Assembly (NCBI RefSeq): GCF_004010195.1
Contig: NC_057751.1
Coordinates: 15,731,677-15,795,676, forward strand
Reading direction: 5' to 3'
From: Chiloscyllium plagiosum
Lineage: Eukaryota
DNA length: 64,000 bases
The notes beneath the pieces are model-generated. The model was given only the letters and a program-made list of their open reading frames with translations, was not told the DNA's origin and did no database searches. Positions 1-11,019 of the stretch are shown one piece after another (positions within the stretch are counted from its first letter, which is position 1; each line of letters opens with the position of its first letter). A program made the position numbers and the translations under genes.

Positions 1-99
1 TACAGGGACCGCACACTGTTAGACACAAGGTAAAGGTTTCTGCTCTTTTAAACTGCAAATAAAACTCCACTCTTTTATACAGATTGTATGAAGACACTT

Positions 100-730
100 C
101 TCAATGTCCCCATTTAACACTCCCAAGACAGGGAAAGCACGCAGTTAGATACCAAGTAAAGCTTCCTCTACACTTTTAACCTGAAAGTAAGGTTCTTTCT
201 GCTCTTTTAAAATGAAACTAAAGCTCCCTTGATACAGTTCCCCCATCAACCACTCCCAGGACAGGGACAGCACAGGGTTAGCTACAGAGTAAAGCTCTCT
301 CTACACTGTCCCCCATCAACCACTCCCAGGACAGGGACAGCACGGGGTTAGATACAGAGTAAAGCTCTCTCTTCACTGTCCCCCATCAAACACCCCCAGG
401 ATAGGGACAGCACAGGGTTAGATACAGAGTAAAGCTCCCTGTACACTGTCCCCCCCCATCAACCACTCCCAGGACAGGGACAGCACAGGGTTAGATACAG
501 AGTAAAGCTCTCTCTACACTGTCCCCCATCAAACACTCCCAGGATCGGGACAGCACAGGGTTAGGTACAGAGGAAAGCTCCCTGTACACTGTCCCCCATC
601 AAACACTCGCAGGATAGGGACAGCACGGGGTTAGATACAGAGTGTAGCTCCCTGAAAACCATCCCCATCAAACACTCCCAGGCCAGGGACAGTACGGGGT
701 TAGTAACACAGTAAAGCTCCCTCTGCTCTT
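100..730 (+). repeat. ~70-bp minisatellite array (about 9 units)
   Basis: Unit ccccatcaaacactcccaggacagggacagcacggggttagatacagagtaaagctctctctacactgtc. Confidence 0.95.
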
Positions 731-1278
731 TTAAACTGAGAGTAGAATTTTCTCTTCAAAACAGAAAGGAAATCTTCTTCGACACTGGATCTAACCCTGG
801 GCTGTTCATCTCCTCAGACTGTTTGGTAGAGACAGAGTTAAAATACTAGCCGGTCTGTCTGATTTCATTCCTTTCTTTAGACTTTGTGGTAATTTGGTAC
901 AACTGATTGGCTGGCGAACAATATGCATTTTTACAGTGTTAGTTACATGGTTGACGAAGACCAGCTTTTAAATCCAAAGTTCTTTTTTATTGAGTTCAAA
1001 CATGATCATTAGCCATGGTGCCATTTGAACCCGTATCCCCAGAGCCTTCGTGTGGGGTGCTATGTTACTCGTCCAGTGACACTAACACCACACCATACCA
1101 TCCTCCCTTGGGTAATAACTCCTGGGAGTGTCAAAACCACAAAAATACATCTTGAGATTTACACAAATGCCTTATGATTTTGAACTGGGATTATAACTTT
1201 GACATCCAACCTCCCCCTCCCCCACCACAGCTTACCCCTCTCATCACATCTCGAGAAGACAATTAAAGGACCCCTTAC

Positions 1279-1314
1279 CTCTTCTTTGAACTTCAGACGT
1301 CTCTCAAAAGCCAT
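1279..1314 (-). CDS. Candidate first coding exon of an unidentified downstream gene (MAFERRLKFKEE)
   Basis: Strong Kozak context (AGAATGG), in-frame upstream TGA, consensus GAG|gtaagg donor; no homology recognised. Confidence 0.35.
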
Positions 1315-1550
1315 TCTTCAATCCCCGAACTCCTCAATCAAACTGCCGCCGTGTGGTACCCATTATAGATTCCAAGTATAAACCGTCCAAACTGCTGCAT
1401 TCGGATGCAGCCTGTAACTTGCTCGAGGGTGTCCATTACTCTACAACAACATGCTTCTCAACCCTTTAATCAGCTTCCAGTCTCTCCCTGTAATCTCTCG
1501 GCCCCCCCAGTGAGAAACAAATAGTCCGTTAAATAACAGCATCTTTGCAT

Positions 1551-1556
1551 TTTATT
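1551..1556 (-). promoter_or_regulatory. Candidate AATAAA polyadenylation signal of the ferlin transcript
   Basis: First minus-strand AATAAA I found after the stop codon, in AT-rich UTR-like sequence. Confidence 0.35.
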
Positions 1557-3269
1557 TACAGTGGGCTGATACATATTTAACAAGTAAAAAATATTTTTTG
1601 TATATGTCATCGCGACAAATTCTTTGGAAAAAGAAACAAAGGTCCCCTTTTAAAAACAGTTTTTTTTTTGGGAAAAAAACATGCAAGTAAACGGGAAACT
1701 CTCAGATGGGCTGCAAGTGGAAATCCGACATTACAAGTTTCCAAAGCCCTGATTCCTCAAAGCCTTCCATAAAGCGTTCAATTTTGGGTTCATCGACGCG
1801 AGTCCGGCATGGAACACAAAGGAGGCTTTTTCTTTCTTTAGTTCAGGCAAGCCTTCTCCGGAATGTTCCACCCACAAACGCAGGACTCTGTTTTACCCCT
1901 CTTGAGGCCTGCATCTCTGGCACACGCACGCACGCACACATACACACACATAAAGGCAGGCACGTGGCCAGCTACTGTCAACGCCAAAGTAAGCCGCAGC
2001 GTGGAATGAGCTTCTCCCTTTCTGTTACCGCCGTGCCGAGCAACCCCCCACCCTCGACCACGAGGCTGGATGCCTTCCGACTCCAGATGGCCTCTCTCTC
2101 TCTCTCCTCACTTTTTCTTCCTGTGGTATCTGGTGGACTGCAACAAAAAGTTTGCTAGAGCATTCTGTTAAAAAAACAAATTCGAGGAAAGAACACATAA
2201 TATCCAAGATAGACACCGCCTCCCCCCCAAAGAAAACCACAACATCATGGTGGGTGGCGGCTCTGTCACCAGGCAAGTATAGGGGGGTGGGGGTGAGGTG
2301 ACTGCCAAATGGGGAACCCAATGGCCAGAAGAGCGACGATAGTTCTCCCCTCACCCCCCCCCCCCCGCCCCCCAATTGCCCACGGGCTCAAGTCCTCGGC
2401 GTTTTCTCACTTGCACGTTGGCACATCAATTCTCTCCCCTCAGCTCTGAGGGGCAGTCTGAGGAACCTGGTGCAGGAGCCTTGTTTGGAAGGATGAGGGG
2501 CCATCTTCTGGAAATTTCTGAGGGGGCTTGACAGAACGGGGTGCTGAGACGCCGCTGCCCTTTGTTGGGAGGGAACCTTGAGGCATGGTTGCAAAGTCAG
2601 GCGTCCCAAAACAGAGAGGTGGTGGTCTTGGCCCTCTCGAGGAAGGTGGTCAGTGTTTGTAGTCCACTTCCACGTGGAGGTTAGTTCAGTGCTGAGTTTG
2701 ACAGATTACTGATCAATGAAGGAGGTTATGTTACAGTTGAGGGTGGTAAGCAGTAAAATGGCCACAATCAGATAAACCATCCCCCGATCTGATGGCAGAG
2801 CAGGATTGGTGAACCGAGCAGCCTCCACCTGCTCCTATTCCTTAGGATGGTTGGGTGAGAGTCCGGATATTGATGCGGGAAGATGAGATATTTGATCTTC
2901 CCTCATGAAGATTCCTCACGGGAGCAGTTTGCACGGCAATCTCCTTTCTCCTCCTCCACTTCCCTAACATCGGCATGGGACATCCATACCATCTCCCTGG
3001 TGCTACACTGGCTGAGATGAGATGACACAGCACAGGGTGTGCATTTGCACAGAGTGTAAAGTGTCAGCAGCAAATGTAGGGAACATAAACTAAGACCAAG
3101 TAAACATTTTAACAGCATGCCATTCAATACCAGGCCATTGGTGTCGATTCACTGGGGCCAGAGCGACTTTAGACATTTCAGTTTAAACTCGTGCCTGGTC
3201 ATTGCATATCTGAGTTTACTGATAACAGAACAATACAAGACAAAACCCTAAATGCAGCAATTACTATCC

Positions 3270-3428
3270 TCAGAAAGTGTTCAGCCTCCGGTACCACAGA
3301 CAGACATTTGGGAGAGAAACATAGGACTTTTTAGAAGAAAAATCAATTTGACAACTAAATTTCCCCCGTGCCCGCAGATGATCCATCGATCGCTTCACTT
3401 TTACCAATTTAAATATTGAAGCTTCTAC
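3270..3428 (-). CDS. FER1L5: Probable terminal coding exon: VEASIFKLVKVKRSMDHLRARGKFSCQIDFSSKKSYVSLPNVCLWYRRLNTF*
   Basis: gtttctag acceptor, phase 0; KLVK resembles the ferlin C-terminal 'MKLVKP'; TGA at 3272-3270. An internal donor cannot be excluded. Confidence 0.65.
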   Translation of the reverse strand, partial: VEASIFKLVKVKRSMDHLRARGKFSCQIDFSSKKSYVSLPNVCLWYRRLNTF

Positions 3429-3440
3429 CTAGAAACGGGT

Positions 3441-4160
3441 CAGGGCAGGTACAGCACGGGATTAGATACAGAGTAAAGCTTCCTCTACACTGTTCCCCCA
3501 TCAAACACTCCCAGGACAGGTACAGCACGGGATTAGATACAGAGTAAAGCTTCCTCTACACTGTTCCCCCATCAAACATTCCCAGGACAGGGACAGCACG
3601 GGGTTAGATACAGAGTAAAGCTCTCTCTACACTGTCCCCCCATCAAACACTCCCAGGACAGGGACAGCATGGAGTTAGATACAGAGTAAAGCTCCCTCTA
3701 CACTGTCCCCCATCCAAGACTCCCCAGGACAGGGACAGCACGGGGTTAGATACAGAGTAAAGTTCTCTCTACACTGTCACCATCAAACACTCCCAGGACA
3801 GGGACAGCACGGGGTTAGATACAGAGTAGAGCTCCCTCTACACTGTCCCCCATCAAACACTCCCAGGACAGGGACAGCACGGGGTTAGATACAGAGTAAA
3901 GCTCTCTCTACACTGTCACCATCAAACACTCCCAGGATAGGGACAGGACGGGGTTAGATACAGAGTGAAACTGCCTCTATGCTACCATTAAACACCCTCA
4001 AGACTGGGACAGAATGGGGTTAGATATAGAGTGAAACTTCCTCTACACTGTTCCCCATCAAACACCCCCCAGGATGGGGTTAGATATAGAGTAAACCTCC
4101 ATCTACACTGTCCCCCATCAAACACTCCCAGGACAGAGTAAAGCTTTCTGTGCACTGTCT
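3441..4160 (+). repeat. ~70-bp minisatellite array (about 10 units)
   Basis: Same unit; abuts the acceptor of the terminal exon. Confidence 0.95.
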
Positions 4161-4244
4161 TTTGGAGCTGAGATTCGTGCGGTGTAGCACAGTGTGAGCT
4201 TGCAAAGGCAGCAGGGGCTGGTTGACATTAGCTGGTGCTCATAT

Positions 4245-4550
4245 GATTAGATTAGATTAGATTCCCTACAGTGTGGAAACATGCTCTTCGGCCCAACCAG
4301 TCCACACTGACCCTCCGAAGAGTAACCCACCCAGACCCATTTCCCTCTGACTCATGCACCTAACACTACGGGCAATTTAGCGTGGCCAATTCACCTAACC
4401 TGCACACCTCTGGACTGTGGGAGGAAACCCACGCAGACACGGGGAGAATGTGCAAACTCCACACAGACAGGCGCCCGAGGCGGGAATTGAACCCGGGCCC
4501 CTGGTGCTGTGAGGCAGCAGTGCTAACCACTGAGCCACCGTGCTGCCCCT
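4245..4550 (-). mobile_element. tRNA-derived SINE (HE1-like), full length with (tctaa)n tail
   Basis: Head ggcagcacggtggctcagtggttagcactgctgcctcac, B-box-like ggttcaattcc. Confidence 0.9.
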
Positions 4551-4786
4551 AATATACAGGTATGCTACCATTTGAGCCCTTTCTCCAGTATTCACTGCAG
4601 CTGAGAAACCTGCGTATCTGTGGAAACAAGCAGGTCCAGTTCGGTCCCAGGGACACAGCGCTCCCCCTTCCACAGCGGCAGTCACGTCTGCCTCTCCGGT
4701 GTGATGAGGTGCCGAAAGCTGTGGGGTGGCTCAGCACAGGATTCTCAATGTGGCTCTGTGTATTGCAGCCCTTTTGAAATACTTAC

Positions 4787-4934
4787 GGGAATCGCGTGCA
4801 GGAGAGCTACGAGGAAGATTACTGGTATCACCAGGAGCAACGTGCAGATAAGCCACCACTTGTACTTGCGCCAGACAATGTGCCTCATCGCCTTCAAGGG
4901 AGAACGGAACCACAGGAAGGAGGTATCTGGCCGG
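4787..4934 (-). CDS. FER1L5: Ferlin transmembrane exon: [49 protein letters not shown]
   Basis: ttacag acceptor, gtaag donor, 148 nt, phase 2->0; RPDTSFLWF motif plus hydrophobic helix. Confidence 0.94.
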
Positions 4935-5199
4935 CTGTAATCATATAAAGAAAAGGCTTAAATACTGTAAAACAGGCCCCATAGAAGAAGGTCTCTGTTG
5001 GCTGTCAGATCACACATCACCAATATCCAAGGTCGGATACACAAACTGCTGATCTTTTCCTTCATCCTGTCTTGGGAGAAGGGCATAGGATGCCCATTCC
5101 AAATTGCCACTGAGCTGAATGTTTCTGAGTGCTGTTCAGAGTCAACAGCGTTGCAGAGGGTTCAGAGTCACCTCCAAGCCAGACTGGGTAAGGACGGCA

Positions 5200-5540
5200 A
5201 TGGGCGGCACGGTGGTTAGCACAGCTGCCTCACAGCACCAGAGACCCGGGTTCATTTCCCGCCTCAGGCGACTGTCTGTGTGGAGTTTGCACATTCTCCC
5301 CATGTCTGCGTGGGTTTCCTCTGGGTGCTCTGGTTTCCTCCCACAGTCCAAAGATGTGCAAGTTAGGGTGGATTGGCCGTGCTAAATTACCCATAGAGTT
5401 AGGTGCAGGGGTAAATGTAGGGGAATGGGTCTGGGTGGGTGCGCTTCGGTGGGTCAGTGTGGACTTGTTGGGCTGAAGGACCTGTTTCCACACTGTAAGT
5501 AATCTAAGAAATCTAATCTAATCTAAGAAATTAAATCTAA
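5200..5540 (+). mobile_element. tRNA-derived SINE (HE1-like), inverted relative to the 4245-4550 copy
   Basis: ggcggcacggtggttagc...gggttcatttccc head, aatct-repeat tail. Confidence 0.9.
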
Positions 5541-5564
5541 GATTTCCTTCCCGAAAGGGCACAG

Positions 5565-6425
5565 AGTCATAGAGCTGTACAGCACGGAAACAGACCCTGG
5601 GGTCCAATTCCTCCATGCCAACCATATATCCCAACCTAAGCTAGTCCCATTTGCCAGCACTTGGCTCACATCCCTCCAAACCCTTCCTATTCACGTACCC
5701 ATCCAGATACCTTTTAAATGTAAATGTGCCAGCCTCCACCACTTCCTGTGCCAGCTCATTCAATACATGCCCCACCCTCTGCGTGAAATAGTTGCTCCTC
5801 AGGTCCCTTTTAAATATTTCTCCTCTCACCTTAACCCAGTCTAGAGCAGGAAAGGGCCCTTCAGCCCACGGTGAATCTCAATCTCTCCTCACAAGCCAAC
5901 ACTCTAGAATCAACCAGGTGAACTTCCTCTGCTCTCCTGCAGTTCAAATCCCATCACAGCAGATAGTGGAACCTAAACTCAGTTAGTGAAAATATGGAGA
6001 TGAGAACTCATCTCATCACATCGATGGCAAGTGCATTTGAGAGAAGGAAATCTCCCACCCTCGCTTGGTCTGGCCTACACATAGAGTCATAGAGATGTAC
6101 AGCACAGAAACAGACCCTTCGGTCCAACCTGTCCATGCCGACCAGATATCCCAACCCAATCTAGTCCCACCTGCCAGCACCCGGCCCATATCCCTCCAAA
6201 CCCTTCCTTTTCATATATCCATCCAGATGCCTCTTAAATGTTGCAATTGTACCAGCCTCCACCACTTCCTCTGGCAGCTCATTCCATACACGTACCACCC
6301 TCTGCGTGAAAAAGTTGCCCCTTAGGTCTCTTTTATATCTTTCCCCTCTCACCCTGAACCTATGCCCTCTAGTTCTGGACTCCCCGACCCCAGGGAAAAG
6401 ACTTTGTCTATTTACCCTATCCATG
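5565..6425 (-). mobile_element. Two CR1-type LINE 3' ends (5565-5835; 6080-6425)
   Basis: FFTQRVVRVWNELPEEVVEAG plus atagagtc tails. Confidence 0.88.
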
Positions 6426-6929
6426 ACTCCAGACCTCCAGCAGCATGTTTGGTTCTTAACTGCCCTCCGAAATGGCCAAGCAAGTTACTCAGTCCAAGGG
6501 CAGTGAGGGATGGGAACCGAATGCTAGCCGATCCAGCGATTAAAAATTAACACACGGCATGTGTGTCATGCGTACAACAGTCTGGATAGTGGTGGATGTT
6601 TCCAGTGATCTCAGGGCTGCTAAAGTCTCTCAGTGACTACACACAACACTCAGTCACTTTTCTCCTTGGCTCATGGCAGGTTGAGGCAGAGGCTCACTCA
6701 AAGTGCTTAACATTATCAAAGGGTTTTTTTGGTCACACACCCACAAATTCGGGTCCCTCTGTCCCGTGACGTCATGCAAATCAGTTCAGAATTTGGCAGC
6801 TCGCCCTCACACAGTGTGGAGAACTAATGTTCTGTTGCTCGAGTTTCAGTCACGGGCCTCAAAGACTTTGTGAATTCAAACCCTGTTGCATCTCATTGAC
6901 AAATAGAGTAGCAGGATTCGCACAATCAT

Positions 6930-7245
6930 AGAACAGTGTGGAAGCAGGCCATTTGAACAACTGAGTCCATACTGACCCTCCGAAGAGCATACCACCCAGA
7001 CCCAACGCCCTTCTCAATATCTCTGCAACCGGGCATTTCCCATGGCTAAACCACATAGCCTGCACGTCCCTAGACACAATGGACAACTGAGCATGGCCAA
7101 TCCACCTAATCTGCACAGCTCTGGACTGTGGGAGGAAATCCACGCAGACACGGGGAGAATGTGCAAACTTCACACAATCGCCCAAGGTTGGAATCGAACC
7201 TAGTTCCCTGGTGCTGTGAGGCAGCAGTGCTAACCACTGAGCCAA
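6930..7245 (-). mobile_element. HE1-like SINE
   Basis: Same head and body as the other copies. Confidence 0.85.
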
Positions 7246-7778
7246 CAGCCTTAATTCAGCAGGTAACACAGAAAGCTTTGTATTTCTCAAGGAGAAATCA
7301 GGACAATTGCAAAACTTCAAAGATAGCGACAATTTATACCACGTGGGAAAAGGGTGCTGATTGGTTGCTAAGTCATCTCCTATTGGTCAAGATATTGCCG
7401 TGGAGGGTACACCATGGAATTACTGTCCTCTACTCATTTGTTTAATTCAAAAACGGCATAATGCCTGGTCATGTTCCTTTTGGCTGCAGAGGAGAGGTCC
7501 CTCAGAATAAATAATAGCAGGCTTCTGGCAAATACAGGCGAGCCACATTACAAGCTGGACTGATAATCTTCATTAAGTTGTTAAAGTGATTAGCACACTT
7601 GGGATTGTCCAGCCAGTTCTGCCCAATCTTGGAATCACACCTAACATTATGCATTATGTTCTGTGCCATATATTCTGTGTTAGCCAGTTGAGATTACTGG
7701 CACAGTGCAAGCCTTGGGGATGTAATTTCTATGTCAGATGGGGGGAATGTTTTGGTGACTCTCGTGTTATGGACATAC

Positions 7779-7888
7779 TTTGGAGGTTCCAGTCTGGGAT
7801 TCATATTAGGCTCATCTCTTCCCTTCCCGGCTGGCCGCTCTTCAGCTTCACGTTCCGTCAGCAATTCCAGGGTCAATTCCAGTTTTCC
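7779..7888 (-). CDS. FER1L5: Ferlin exon: GKLELTLELLTEREAEERPAGKGRDEPNMNPRLEPP
   Basis: gtttag acceptor, gtatg donor, 110 nt, phase 0->2; RPAGxGRDEPNMNP motif. Confidence 0.95.
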
Positions 7889-8186
7889 CTAAACACATCA
7901 AATAAGGAATGAAACATGGAAATGAGACATCAGCTGGTGCTGGGAGTGTAACAGCTTAATGTATGGGCAGTGCAAGGTGAGGAAGATGTGGGCAACGGAA
8001 CAGGAAGGCTGTGGGGGGGCAGGAGACAGACAGAGAAGAGACAGAGACAAAGAGAGAGGGCTAAGGGTGAGAAACGTGGTGATGGGTTACAGAGAAAGGG
8101 CAACATGAAAAACAGTCAAGGAGGGCACGGATTCTGAACAATGTGTGTGTGTGACTGAGAAAGAGAGAGAGAGAGAGAGAGAGAGA

Positions 8187-8242
8187 NNNNNNNNNNNNNN
8201 NNNNNNNNNNNNNNNNNNNNNNNNNNNNNNNNNNNNNNNNNN
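8187..8242. other. Assembly gap (56 N) in a GA-rich microsatellite region
   Basis: N run preceded by (GA)n. Confidence 0.99.
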
Positions 8243-9242
8243 AGCCAGATACTTGGAGGCAGAAAGATGGATAAAGAAGCAGAGAGAACTGCAGGAGAGA
8301 AACAGAGTGAGAAAGAACGAGACGGAGAAAGAGAGAGGGAAAGAGAGAGGAAAAGAGAGTGAGAGAGAGATGCAGGCAGTGGCAGAGACAGGCAGAGGGA
8401 AGGAGAAGAAAGAGAGAGACTGAGTATCAATTGTGACTGCTGTAACCTCGCATTTATCACAATATGTAAGAAAGACAAGTTTGCACGTTATACACAGCCT
8501 TTCTGTAAGAGCAGGAGGAGACCAAATGTACTGTTACTCCCCTCAGCGAGATTCCTTGTCCTCCCATAACCACTGAGGTCAAGACATGGCTCAGTCTGAC
8601 CTCGCTGTGTCTAAACCCTAAACTCATTCTGTCACCAAGTCAGAGTGTCAAATCCTCCACTCCTGCATTCTCTTTCACTTCCTCTCATTGCCTCGTGAAG
8701 AGGTTGAACAGGAGTGAACTGAACTCCATGGGGAGATTCCAGGACTTTAATCAACTCTTCCCCAGAGAGCAGGAAAGTGGAGTTTAACCCATGGCAGGTC
8801 AGCCTTGATGAGAATTGAGGGGCCGAATGATCCTACTTCTCCTGCGAACGAGCTCAAGTAATGAAAACAACAAATGCTGGAGGTCATTAATTCCTGGATT
8901 TTGATTTTGCTTGGGAACTTTTCAGGCTTCCCTTCATCTCATCTGACCATGCACCAGAACGTGACTTGGGCACAAGGTAATAAATTGTGAGGAAAGGTTG
9001 CCTGTCCGAGACTTGAGTACAGAAGATTAAGGGACGGTGAAGTTGGGGGAAGTTTAAGATGCTTGAAGGAATTGATAGGATCGATTCAGGAAACAGGTTG
9101 GGAAGTGTGGAGGGGTGGGTAAAGAGTCAGGGAAAAGGCAGAAGAGGCGATATTCAGGAATCTGGAGACATCTCGGAACAGAGGGAAGGCCTTTTATCAT
9201 GATAGATGCAGGAATGCTCAGCGAAAGGATATTTGCTCTTAC

Positions 9243-9436
9243 TGTCAAATGAGGTTTGCCCTCTTCATATGTGACGCACGGCCACCAGCCTTTAATACTC
9301 TTCTGCTTGAAGAGGGAAATCATCTTCTGCAAGCTGTCAGACGAGGAGTCCTCCAGCTTAAAGAACTTCTCCAATGTGCAGTTATCCGCCCACTTTGTTG
9401 GGCACCGGAAGGCGTTCAGATTAATCTCAAGGTAGC
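9243..9436 (-). CDS. FER1L5: Ferlin exon: YLEINLNAFRCPTKWADNCTL...SLFKQKSIKGWWPCVTYEEGKPHLT
   Basis: cctcggcag acceptor, gtaag donor, 194 nt; KGWWP motif. Confidence 0.94.
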
Positions 9437-10497
9437 CTGCCGAGGAGAGAGAGAAAAACCCAAGGGTCAACACAGAGCTGGGCACTCAGGGAGCAATCAG
9501 TCAGCCTGAGAAAAGGGTGAGAGAGTCCCAAACAGTTCACCGCAACTCATCAACATCAGTAAACAGTGCGGTGCCATGGTGTGCCGGACAGGGGAATGAC
9601 AGCAAGGATCATTGCCGTGAATGATAAAATTCCACCCCCAGGTAGAGTGTGGAAGTGAATTCAAGCCAGGATTCCCACTCGCTAATCATCACGGTCTGAT
9701 GAGTCCAAGAATGTGCAAGTGTGCTGCCTAGCACTGTGGGTACAGCCAGCTGGTGGTGACGCATTCAAGTGGCACATGTTGACATACATGCCTGTTCAAT
9801 TCTGTGCCTGACTGAAGTGCCCCTCTCTAAAGTGACCCGGGTGTTTGAATCCCCGATGTGGCAATGGACTGCAAATGGGCTGAAGGTGGGGTTGGCTGCT
9901 CCATGTCTAATTCTCAACTCCAGAGTATGTGCCAGCAAACAATTAGGATTAGTCTCAGTGACACCACCAACCCTCTCTGAATACAACACTCCTCTGCCCT
10001 CACCTGACACCAGCTGGTTAATGCAACTGGACAAATCCAACACTGAAAAGCTAACAAGTCTGGAACAAAACACACAGTCACCCAAAACAGGTTTTATTTT
10101 AATCAATGGAGTGGCAACAGTCATTGACCCTCTCCCTCTCTGGGCTCTCACCACGAGCAACCTCCTTTACACACACTGTTCTTTCTTAAATACAGGGCAC
10201 AATGATTTCCCATGTGTCAGGTTTAAGGTCCCTTCTTAGTGGTAACCCAAGTCGCTTAACCCGGTGCTCTCCACTAATGTACAAGTGCTACGTAGTCTGC
10301 AACATAAGAACTTAAAATATATGATCTACCTCAACTCTACTGACCTGCACCATCCCTCAGCCTCCTTAAGAATTAGAATTAGAATGAGAATCCCCACAGT
10401 ACACAAACAGGTCCTTCGGTCCAACAAGTCCACACCAACCCTCCAAAGAATAACCCACCCACACCCATTCCCCTACCCTATATTTACCCCTGACTAA

Positions 10498-10863
10498 TGC
10501 ACATAGGCTACACATCCCTGGACACTACAGGACAATTTAGCCAATTCACCGAACTTGCATATCTTTGGATTGTGAAAGGAAACCGGAGCACCCAGAGGAA
10601 ACCCATACAGACATAGGGAAAATGCGCAAACTCCACACCGACAGTGGAGTTAGTATCCAATTTATCAAGTTGTCTTGAATTGCACATAGGCTACACATCC
10701 CTGGACACTACAGGACAATTTAGCCAATTCACCGAACTTGCATATCTTTGGATTGTGAAAGGAAACCGGAGCACCCAGAGGAAACCCATATAGACACAGG
10801 GAAAATGCGCAAACTCCACACCGACAGTGGAGTTAGTATCCAGTTTATCAAGTTGTCTTGAAT
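10498..10863 (+). repeat. 183-bp direct tandem duplication within a SINE (SINE is minus-oriented)
   Basis: tgcacataggctac... starts at 10498 and again at 10681. Confidence 0.9.
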
Positions 10864-11019
10864 GATATGTGAACAGGAAAGGATTGGGGGGATACAGGCC
10901 AGAAGCAGGCAGGCGGGACTAGTTTAGTTTGGTTTGAGATTATGTTTGGCAATGGACTGCTTGGACCGAAAAGTCTGTTTCCATGTTGTATGACAGAGTC
11001 ACCAATGCCGTCTGGGGCA

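Noticed and set aside
1394..1411. gctgcat-tcgg-atgcagc hairpin as a terminator or structured RNA
   Set aside because: A 7-bp stem is expected by chance; no U-tract; eukaryotic context
2388..3127. Minus-strand ORFs as additional ferlin exons
   Set aside because: No ferlin similarity; they lie downstream of a plausible stop; splice support is unconvincing
4480..4550. tRNA genes at SINE heads
   Set aside because: A/B-box-like heads continue into SINE bodies; no complete cloverleaf
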